A stretch of 64,000 nt of DNA, from contig NC_068982.1 in the NCBI RefSeq assembly GCF_001194135.2, forward strand, positions 128,774,906 to 128,838,905, written 5' to 3'. The notes beneath the pieces were generated by a model. It was not told the origin of the DNA and ran no database searches. It saw nothing but the letters and a program-made list of their open reading frames with translations. The translations under genes were made by a program, and so were the position numbers. Below are positions 14,901-26,900 of the stretch, in pieces (the first letter of the stretch is position 1; each line of letters opens with the position of its first letter). This DNA comes from Octopus bimaculoides. Lineage: Eukaryota.

Positions 14901-17900
14901 CCTGTACTCAGCTTTTAAATGCATCTCAGGCAAGAGCTTTTAAATGCATCTGTCAAATCTACCATTGTACTGAGGTGCAGATTCTAAAACTAGCTGCATG
15001 TAATAACACTTGTGAAGCTAGTTTTTGAATAAGATTTTTAAATTAGAAACGATTAAAATATCCCTGTTGTAGTCTTAAATGAAAAGCATTTTATATTAAA
15101 GACATAAAATAACATAGAATAACAAGAAAAAATATAATTTGCAAATTTAAATAATATCTACATTTTCATTACAAATTTTGTTTTTGTAATTGGTTTTTAA
15201 GATTCTTCTTGTGAATTTGTGTTGAAACAAATTTTGTTGTGTCTTGAGAGAGTAATTACATCAATAATAACACATGCACAGGTCCAATACCACTTCTTTA
15301 TTGTTAGTCAATTAGTTAAATATTTTAATGACCATTTGTTTAATGTGCAGGTAAAACAATCTGTTGGCTGTTTGTTAATCAAAGTTCTGCTGTTGCAATC
15401 TTAGAACAAGAGGGGAAGTCACTAAGTCACTGAAAAGGTCATGAACAGCAACAAAAGAACCTTGACTAATGAACAATTAGTTAGCTGCTTAAATATTTAC
15501 CTAGTTGACGAACAATAAAGAAGTGGAATCGAACCTATGCATGTGTTATTATTATTGGCATAATGACTTACCCAAGACACAACAAAATTCATTACAAGTA
15601 TTTTATTTTTAAATAGCAATAATTTTCTTCCTTTTCTTTTACTATTATTAGTCATTGGACAATGTCCATTCTGGCACAGCATGTTCAATGAATATTTGTG
15701 GATATATCAACACTAGTACTTTGACTCATGCAGTGTATATATATATATATATATATGCGTGCAAGCACACACACATATATCCATTCACACACAACAATCT
15801 TCTGCAGAGTCTCCATTTATTAAGTTTTATTCATCAGGTGTTGATTAACTTGGGACTGTCATAGAAGACATTAGCCCAAAGTGTCACACAGTGGCATAAA
15901 ATTGAAAACTGCATAGGTGTAAACTTCTGAACCATAGAGCTATATCCAATTGTGTTTTGATATTTAACACATTCTAATTTAATAATGACTTAAGCTACAT
16001 AATTTTCAGTAATTTAAATCCAGTAGATCAAAGTAAATGTTTTTTCTTTATAAATTGAATTGAATGCTCCTTGCAAATCACACAGAAATTTGCATAAACA
16101 CATTCATACACATGTTTATATACACATAAGTTTTAGAGTAATTAGTGAAGCAGATTGTTAAAGAAGCGAGCATATCAAAGCAAATTAGAAAATATATTTG
16201 AGATAATAATGATAAAATTTTATCTATATATTTGATCTACATACCAAATGGATGCCTTGCAAGAACAGGCTCAGGAATTTCGACGAAATCTCCAATACCA
16301 TACTTATTTTTAGCAGCAACTTGAAAGAGATATTTGTTTCCTTCTCGAAGATTTTCTACAACATGTTCCAATATTACTGATTCACCTGCTTCTTGCCACA
16401 TTCGTCGATTTTCTTCTCTCTTTTCAACAATATAAGCAGTGATTGAACTACCTCCATTATCTTCAGGAACTTGCCATGTTAGTGTCATGTATTCAGCCAA
16501 CACATCTTTGACTTGAAGGTCACGGACTGGACCTGGCTTGTCTAAAATATAGACCAATTATCTAACTAATGTCTAAATTCTAAATTCAGTCATATAACCT
16601 TCTGTGTAAAATAGCTAATATGATACAAGTTAAATAATAAACCAAATCCATGCAAGATAATTTGTTAATGTTGCAAAGCTTTTCTTAATGAATTATTTTT
16701 TTTTAATCAATGACTTGAATATTGATACATTTTGATGAAAGTAAATATTTCTTAATTCATTTTGTTATAAAATAATAGGTGATCAAAAACGTTCTTAGGT
16801 GTAATAAAATTGTTGTAAATAAGTGAAAATAAGCAGTAAGACATGCAATAAATTGCCCAATATCATTACAAAGTCATTAGTTAAGTAAAAGCAAAGAAAT
16901 AAAATGTATTTGTATTTTGTGTTGCCTATAGTAATGTATTATAATTGCAATTGTTTTCAATGTATATAAGCCATTAAATCACTTCAAAATATTAAGTTTT
17001 ATCAACATATTGAATGAATATACTTCTTAATGTTAAAGGCAATAAAAGTGCTTTTCAAACAAAATATGATGAAGCTCCAAAGTATGAACACACAATTTAG
17101 AAATTCAAATGTCACTGTATATATCAAGAATGTCAAAGTTAAAGCATTGATTGCAGTTAAATCAGTATTTGAAGCATTAAACTTTAAGCATTAAAAGACA
17201 TTTTTTATATTTAAGTAAATAAATATAAATGTCTTGTTGCCAAACTTTGTCACAAACAACAATAAATATTGTAAATAATATGTTAGATAGTTACCTAGAA
17301 CCTTTAATGTAATAGTGACATCAACTTTTCCAGCAGAATTCTCTAAGCAGAGTTTGTATTCACCAGAATCTGACCTTTTAACATTTTTGAAATTTATCTT
17401 GGTAACATCTGCAGAAGAGTCAACCAGTATCCTTGTTTTATCAAGTTCACTATCATTATGGAGCCAAGTGGCTTTCGGAATAGGAAAGCCAGAAAATGGT
17501 ATTGAGACAGATGTATTTTCACCAGCTTTAATAGTAATAACTTCCTTGTATTTATCAGCCAAAGTGTACTCAGGAGCAACTAGAAGCAGAAGAAATACAT
17601 TATTATTTTTCCATCAACATAGGGAAAAATATCATTTAAGTGTATTTTACATGAAATATGGTTTTATTAAATTTGATAATATCAATTTTACCTTCAACAG
17701 ATAGAGCAGCTTTTGTAGTTTTGTCTTTAACAGTCATGCTATAGTCAGCAACATCTTCAGGTTTCACACCCTTTATGATTAATTTGTGCACACAGCCTTC
17801 AACAACAATTTCATATTTTTTATTTGGTGTAATAGGTTTGCCCTTACAGAACCATTGAGCTTTCAAATTAGGACGATTTATCTCACATGTGAAAGTGGCT

Positions 17901-20900
17901 TCACCAGGAATCTTTTCAACGGTTTGATCTTCAAGTTCTTTGATGAATTTGACTTCACCCTCTGTAAAATAATGAAGAATTTGTTACAGACTTATCAGAT
18001 CTTGTTTACTTTGTTTATTTTGCAAAATTAGATTATGAGAAAATGCATCTCTAAGTTTATTGGGGTTATTTTTTATATGGTTTTATATGTGCATGATACA
18101 TACTTTATATGTGCAATACATATAAAATATGTATCATATATGTTTTATATATGTAATACATATTTCCAAATTCTTCTCCAACAAAATATGTATTCTATAA
18201 TTCAATTTACAAATAAAGTTAATGTAAAAATTAGGAGTACCAGGAAAGTGGAAAGGTACTAAATAGCAGTTTGTGGAAACTAATTAAACAATAATAAACC
18301 ACTAGATTGAAATAAAATATTACTTATCATAAAAATAGAAAAATTAATTATGATAGCATATTTATGTCCAATTTCTATATGTAATTATTTACTTATAGAT
18401 TCTTAATCATCCTCTAATAAAACAACAAATACACTATTAGGAATTTTGCATTAGAAACAACATAGAAAATTGTAAGAATGAATCAGCTAAGTTTAACAAT
18501 ACTAAATCAAAAAGAAGTCTCAATCTGTATTTTGAAATGCTTCAACTAAGAGGCATTCTATTTACTTGGCTATGATCTAACCCTTTTGCTATCAACCTGC
18601 CTTTGGTTCTATGACATAAAATTCTTGTTTCAAAATTAAATTATAATCTTCTGGTAGGATTTCATAGTTTATGATCCAAATACTAGCTTAATAATGATAA
18701 AGTTATTTTACTAAATTCTCCAGTATTTTCAAAATTAATTGAAACAAAGGCAGAATATTTCGACAGAAATATAACAATCAAAGGTGTTGTAGAAAAATCA
18801 AACCTAATTAATAAGTTACTGTGACTTACCTTTCACTTTTACAAAAGCTTTTGTGGATTTATTCATTATTTTGAATTCATAATTTGCTTCATCATCAAGC
18901 TGTGCTTTTTGCACAATTAAAGTATGTTTCTTTTCTTCAACTGTGAAGTTGAAATGCGAGTCCTTTTCAATAACTTTTCCTGCTTTCATCCAACAACCAG
19001 TCACATTTGGTTTGGATACCTCGCATACCAAGAGAATGTCATCATTTTCCATAACCTCTTGGTCTTTTAGAGGACTCAAAAATTCTAATGGCTCTTCTGG
19101 AAAATAAAATTGCAATTTATATTTAGAAAGTTTAATGGAAAGTTGTAGTTAATACTTAGTCTATATAGTAGGAATCTAATTTTAATGCTTAAAAATAAAA
19201 ATATAAATTAATAATTTTATTAAACTTATTCAAATATTTATCTTCAGACTAGAAAAAAAAGTCTAGTTGAATTAATAGAATCATAAAGATAATGAACTTG
19301 GTGATAAAATAAATGACAGTATGACAACAAAATAATTCTAAAGCATAATCAAAGTAATTAATAATATAAATCACTAGAAACATGCGTAATATTAAGTTTT
19401 AAGAACTAATGTAGTTCCTAAAGCAAGAGAGAGGGACAAAATTAGAGAGAAGAATGAGTGTGTGTGTGTATGAGGGAGACAGCAAGACAATGTTAGAGAG
19501 GGAAAAGAGTAGAGGGAAGAAGGAATGAGAGAAAAGAGTGAGAAAGGAAAAGACAGGGTAAAAGAGCAACAGAGAGAAAGACTAATTCTATAGATCAATG
19601 TAAGCATAATTCCTTACATTCAATTGATTATTTCATTCCTTTTATTTAGTGTCAAAATAATTATTGAGGAAGTTTATATAATTGAAGAATGGGAATCTCT
19701 AAATATATACCAGCATGCACATCTACCAGAATATTACTAAAACATTGATGATTTTATATTTCAGTCTTAGGATATTCGTGGGATCAGTTGTATTAATAAT
19801 ACACAAGTATATACATTTCCTTATTTTCATTATCTCATAAATTCCATGATTTATAATGAGGATAGCTACATGATAGTTATGAATACAGCTTCTAGAAATT
19901 AACCAAAATCAGATAACAAGAATAAATTTCAATTGACAGGACTAACAAAAATGAATTAAACAACAAATCAGAAATTAAAGAAAAAGAATTGCTGGTACAA
20001 TAACTGCTCTTCTTTACAGACATTTATACCAAACTACTCGGATCATACATTAGTCTATTATAGCATATTATATATTCTATTATATCAGAGTTTATTGATA
20101 TATTTTTATTTTAATACAATAATTATTTGAATTTAATGCTTTCTTGTGTTTTGAGGATTTGGAAGAAAACTTAAAGAAAATTCAGTTGAAAAACAAAGGA
20201 AACTACTTCTGTGTTTAGCGATGATAAAAAAAATCTTTCCTTGAAATATGCCAAATAGGGAACAACTGTGTGTGTGTATATATATATATATNNNNNNNNN
20301 NNNNNNNNNNNNNNNNNNNNNNNNNNNNNNNNNNNNNNNNNNNNNNNNNNNNNNNNNNNNNNNNNNNNNNNNNNNNNNNNNNNNNNNNNNNNNNNNNNNN
20401 NNNNNNNNNNNNNNNNNNNNNNNNNNNNNNNNNNNNNNNNNNNNNNNNNNNNNNNNNNNNNNNNNNNNNNNNNNNNNNNNNNNNNNNNNNNNNNNNNNNN
20501 NNNNNNNNNNNNNNNNNNNNNNNNNNNNNNNNNNNNNNNNNNNNNNNNNNNNNNNNNNNNNNNNNNNNNNNNNNNNNNNNNNNNNNNNNNNNNNNNNNNN
20601 NNNNNNNNNNNNNNNNNNNNNNNNNNNNNNNNNNNNNNNNNNNNNNNNNNNNNNNNNNNNNNNNNNNNNNNNNNNNNNNNNNNNNNNNNNNNNNNNNNNN
20701 NNNNNNNNNNNNNNNNNNNNNNNNNNNNNNNNNNNNNNNNNNNNNNNNNNNNNNNNNNNNNNNNNNNNNNNNNNNNNNNNNNNNNNNNNNNNNNNNNNNN
20801 NNNNNNNNNNNNNNNNNNNNNNNNNNNNNNNNNNNNNNNNNNNNNNNNNNNNNNNNNNNNNNNNNNNNNNNNNNNNNNNNNNNNNNNNNNNNNNNNNNNN

Positions 20901-23900
20901 NNNNNNNNNNNNNNNNNNNNNNNNNNNNNNNNNNNNNNNNNNNNNNNNNNNNNNNNNNNNNNNNNNNNNNNNNNNNNNNNNNNNNNNNNNNNNNNNNNNN
21001 NNNNNNNNNNNNNNNNNNNNNNNNNNNNNNNNNNNNNNNNNNNNNNNNNNNNNNNNNNNNNNNNNNNNNNNNNNNNNNNNNNNNNNNNNNNNNNNNNNNN
21101 NNNNNNNNNNNNNNNNNNNNNNNNNNNNNNNNNNNNNNNNNNNNNNNNNNNNNNNNNNNNNNNNNNNNNNNNNNNNNNNNNNNNNNNNNNNNNNNNNNNN
21201 NNNNNNNNNNNNNNNNNNNNNNNNNNNNNNNNNNNNNNNNNNNNNNNNAAGAATTTGTTAAATCTGAAACTAGTTCCTGTTTAATAATGCTTTTTTAGGT
21301 GATTTTAAATGTCTTGCCCACTCACGTTTTTGGTATGCTGCTATATTTCATGTTGAGAACAATTTAGGTCTTAATAGACACAAGATGTGATCTATTTCTA
21401 GCGCATTAATTGTCCACGTTAGTGGTCGACGTTATTTTTTGAAAAATGTACCTTAATCCCCTGAGATTGCAGATAATATTTCTGAATCTCTTTGATTCTT
21501 TAGATGTGCTGGCCTCCTGATAATTAATCGATATTAATTAATATATGACTAATTACCAGATTTTATAATTATATATCAGTAATATATATATATATATCAG
21601 TAATATATTTAATATATGCTATAGGTTCAAAATTATATTAATAATGGTGATTGACAAGAACACTTTTAGGTAATGATGAGATGAGTAAAGTTAAATATGT
21701 GTATTAACAGTTGTTGAAAATAATACAGTTTAGCTGTATACGTTTAGACAATAATTAAAGTAGTTTATCTTTCTCCTCCTAATTCACATGTAACTAATTA
21801 ACTATACAAATATGAAGAAAAGATATTTCATGAGATGGAATTATGAAACAATGCAATGTGATATTTAAATACAGTGTTAAAATGTTATCAAAATGCATGA
21901 AGGTTAGTATCTACATATTATTTCATTAATAAAGATACTTAATACTAATTATTTCTGAAATTCAAATACAAAACAGTGGAAGTTAATGTAAAAATAACAG
22001 AAAATAATACTTTTGTCAATCCATTGTAAGCCATGTTTGGCATCTTGATTACTGTTTTGGCCATATCCTGCTCTTTGGCCATATTCTGCACTTTGGCCAT
22101 ATTCTGCACTTTGGCCATATTCTGCACTTTGGCCATATCCTGCTCTTTGGCCATATTCTGCACTTTGGCCATATTCTGCACTTTGGCCAATGTAATGATC
22201 ATTAAATTGATCAATTTTAATGTCATGGCTAATATGTTGCTCAACTGCTTGTTTAGCTTTATTGTCAACTGGCCAGTCATCCCCTTGATCAAGTTTATTA
22301 GTATCTTTTAAACTATAGTCTCTTTCATTTGCTTTTCGTATTTTCCGATCTAATTTGTCGTCTAGATTTTCACCATCTCTTAAAATAGCTTTATTACCAG
22401 ATTCAAAATATTCTTTAGGTCTTCCTTCAGAACTCAAGTGATAACTAGCTTTGCTACCTTCTATTTGATAAAAATCAGATTCTGTAACATCATTAGCTTT
22501 ATGACAAATCCTAGTTTTATTTGATTTAAGTTTATGATCAACCTCATCTGAATCAATATTCAGCATTTCATTCTCTTCAGATCTTCTAACAAAATCACAA
22601 GGAGCATCAACATTTCTACTTGTATCTTTTGAGAGTTCTGACAGACCTGTTTGGTTGATGTCAAGATGGTCTTTTTTATTGTAACCTTTAGACATCTTTT
22701 GATCAACCAAATTAGTAACTTGATCAATTTCAGGGATGACCTTTTTGTCAACATCCTGATCAAAGTTCTGGTCAGTTGTGAGACTAATTTCTCTATCTGT
22801 AGCATTTGCAATTTCAGCCTCAGAACTGGCCTTTTGATCAGAGTCTTTCTTGACTTTGAATCTGATCTTTTGGTCAACTTCTCTACTAATTTTTTGTTGA
22901 GCCTCAAGATTAGACTCCAAGTCAGTGGATTTGCTTATTTGTTGATCAACGTGATAGCCACTATGATTTAGATCAAACTCATTGACATTATCTTTGCTAT
23001 GGCCTTTCCTTTGTTGAATATCATCTTTAACTGGATAGTCAATATTTTGGTGCCTATTATGGCCAACATCTTGACCATCTTCTGAAAAAATAACAATTGA
23101 TATTTGTGGCAAAGTGATTTGTATTTCTTTGTATGTTGCTGTGTTTAGAAAATAAAACTGGTAAGAAATAAACTAATGAAGCAATGATCAACAAAAAATA
23201 TGATTAGAGTTTAAATAATTTGAAGAAAACCAAATAAAATTATAATCCTCAATTGCAAGAGCGTGTGAGTGAAAGACATCTTTCATTATCTGTTACTGGT
23301 TTCAGTCAGTAAGCTGATACCATAACGGGGTACTAAAACCCTTGAAGAGTTTTAGTCAATCAAATTGACCTCAGTACTTGTTTTTTTTTTTTTTTTAAGT
23401 CTGGTATTTATTCTGTCAGTCTCCTTTTCTGAACCACTAATTTACAGGGATGTAAGTAAACCAACACTGGTTATCAAGAGGTGGGAAGGTCAAACACAGA
23501 CAGAAAACACTGATATACACACATACATATGTATGTATACATATATATGATGGGCTTCCATATAGTTTCTGTCTATAAAATTTCCACAGCATTGGTTGGC
23601 CTGGGGCTAAGGCAGAAGACAATTGCCCAAGGTGTTGTGCAATGAGACTGAAGTTGATACTATAAGACTGCAAAGCAAGCTTCCTATCACACAGCCATGC
23701 CTGTTGCACCTGATATCAAAGATATTGGATTTTTGCATTTGTTCAGCAAGGTTCTTGATACTCGTTACCCAACCAATGTAAATCTAAATTAAACTGCACA
23801 TAGTTTAATTTCAAAAATATTTAAAGAAAATTAAACTAATTAAATTGCTGATATTACAAATGTTATTCACAAATTATAACATTATTTTAAGGTGTGTTGA

Positions 23901-26900
23901 ATTAAAATCATTACATTTTTCTAAATGTAAAAATGACAAATAAATCTCATTTGAAAGCATTTATAACCTCAACATTAATTTTTAAAAAAACAAATTCAGC
24001 TTACAGTATATAACTATTTCTATACACCTTCCTTTTCTGAACTAATCAACTAGTGTTAAGAAAGCCAATCTGACCATAGTAGCATGAATTGTTAAAATAG
24101 TGGTGCTGGTACTGATGATGATGGTGGTGGTAATGACAGTGGTGGTGATGGTGGTGATGAAGGTAGTAAAGATGATAGTAGTGAAGTGACTGGTTGATTC
24201 ATAACAATAATATTAATGTCAATGATGAGAAAGAAACAGTTTTCATAATGTTTATCTGTTATGAAACAATACACAACAAAATATTTTCAATGAAAGAATT
24301 TTCTTTGCAATCTTACTACTAACAATTATCAAAACTGTGCTGTAAGCCAAAAATACATAATATAAAGCGAAATAATCAATACACAATAAAAAAAAGAATG
24401 AATAATTTGTTTAGATATGTAACAAGTTAGGTAACAAAAATAATATAAATATGAATAACCTACCATCAACCGTTAGAATTGCAGAGCTTTTTACACCATC
24501 CACCACAATAGTATACTCCCCTTCATCATCAAGTTCAGAGGGTTCAATGATCATTCTGTGAACACAACCATCCACAACAAGTTCAACTCGTTCACTACCA
24601 CTAAAGATTTCTTTTTCAAACTTCCAAACTGCCTTTTTATTTGGTTTGTTAATTTCACATTCCATGACAGCTTTCTCTTTCTCCATAATTTTGATATCTT
24701 TAAGTGGTTTCAGGAACTGAACTGGTTCTTCTGCAAAATTTTTAAAAGAACTCACTATTATCAAAGAACAAATTTTATTTTTAAAAACTTCACTTTTTAA
24801 AAAAATATATATTGAGAAATGTTAGGAAAATGTATAATAGAGCCAACAACAACTAATAAAACAAAATAAACCATGTCAAAATAAGAATAATATTTGAATG
24901 ATTAAAGACAAACTTGATTTCTGATAATTAGTGTTACCCATAACATAATACTTCATTTTGATGCACAAATATAGATAAATTGTAACCTATTTGTAATATA
25001 ATTTCATATTGCACAATCATGGACCACTAGAACAAAAATGTACTTATTGATTTTTTCTGGGTATTGTTTATGGAAGAGGCTATGAGATAGTTATATGAGA
25101 AATTTGAAAATAAAAATAGTGTAACAGCAGTCATTGGATGAACTAAGCGATTGACTGTTCAGAACAATATGGTTAGTGTAGAAGAATAAGGTGATGTATG
25201 CTAGCTTAAGATGTTAATGTATTATGTATATTGTACATTCATAACACATACAAACACACAGACATTCATACAAATATCCTATAGATATAAATATTACAAA
25301 AAAAATAGTTTCTTATTAAATATTAGCAATATTTTGATATCTTCTAATATTTAAGAAGCTAGGAAAATATTTGCAATTTTAGATCAAATGAAATTACCAT
25401 CCACAAAGAGAGTGGCTGTAGTCTCCACATCCCCAATACAACAAGAATAATCAGCTTCATCCATTAGAGCTGCTTCAGTAAAAATAATTTGGCGAGTAGA
25501 ACCATCAGAGACAAATTTGATTTTGTCACTAGGTTTAATCTCTTTGCCATCTTTTTTCCATATAATGGTGGCATTTGGTTTTGTAACCTGGCACTCTAAT
25601 ATAGCTTCTTGTTTTTCAGTCACATGAACATCATTCAACGGTTTCTTGAATGCAGCAGGAAGTTCTAAAAATAAGAAAAGCATCAAATTGTAAAAGTTGC
25701 AAACATTGAAACTACTGAGAATGATTATTTCAGGCAGAAATAGATGTCTTAATTGCAGGACAAGATATGATAGAATCATAACTGATGGTTTACTATACAT
25801 GATGAATGATAAATGATAGTTTTAACCTGAGTTACTCGTTGGTTTCAGATGTTTATTAAGATAACATCGTTCTAAACTTTATTCTTCAGAGTAAATATAT
25901 TAATGCAACTACATGAATGTTAAGACTATGATTGCTTTAAGAACTTATATATAAATTTTATATATATATATATTTTATAAGGAAAACTATTCAACTTTCA
26001 CCTAACATAAGCAATAAAAATTATTTGTATTTCCTTCTAACTCAATGCTATTAGCTTTCAGAGAAATTATTATTATATCATGTTTGCGTTAAAATATTCC
26101 ATACAACAAATCCCTTTAAATAATAGAGATGGTTTTAAATATTAGGGCTTTTGTTATATTTTAACACTTATGAAATTGCATATTAAACGTAATCTATAGA
26201 ACAATTTTTCACATAGTTTTTAATGTTTTCAACTTCTAAAATCATCATTAAATAATACAATTAATAGTACCTTCAATAGTCAAGGTAGCTTTAGTTGAAA
26301 CATCCCCACAAACACAGGTATATTCTGCTTTGTCATCTAGTGTGGTATCATGTATTATAAGCTTCTGTTGGAAACCATCAGTGATAATTTCAAAATGATC
26401 ACTCGGTGTGATTTCTTTTCCATTCTTCAACCATTTAACAGTTGCATTTTCCTTTGTTAATTCGCATTTCAAGGTAGCAGTTTGCTTTTCTTTCACAGTT
26501 ACATCCTTCAGATTTGTTTTAAATGTTGCTGGAAGTTCTGCAAAAAAATAATATTTTTTAATGAATAGAGAAAAATTATGCTTATTTTAAAATAAGAATA
26601 TTAAAATGCATCTACAAGAAAGAAATACAAATAAGATTAAGGCATCATTATATGGTATGTTCAAAAGAAAATGAATGTTGAGGTACAAAAAATTTAATTA
26701 TATAATGTAAAAAATGTACTTCAATATTAAAAGAATTCAATTATCAAATTTTTATCATAGCTATCTAAATTTACCTATGACTGTCAATTTAGCAGACACT
26801 TCATTTCCATTTGGTAAGACACATGTATATTCTTCTTGATCATCCATAACAGCATCTGTAATAGTTAATTTCTGGATGCACTTGTCTGTAGACATAGTAA

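Noticed and set aside
20248-21298. Three ~340-aa ORFs
   Set aside because: Almost entirely N.
21326-21516. CpG-containing segment bounded by tatcag| and |gtgagt
   Set aside because: All three frames contain stops, and no phase-1 join to e40 is possible.
21945-22311. Alternative-frame ORFs [12 protein letters not shown] (-) and LAIFCT (+)
   Set aside because: Shadow frames of the stop-free 18-bp repeat; only the YGQ frame continues to an in-phase acceptor.
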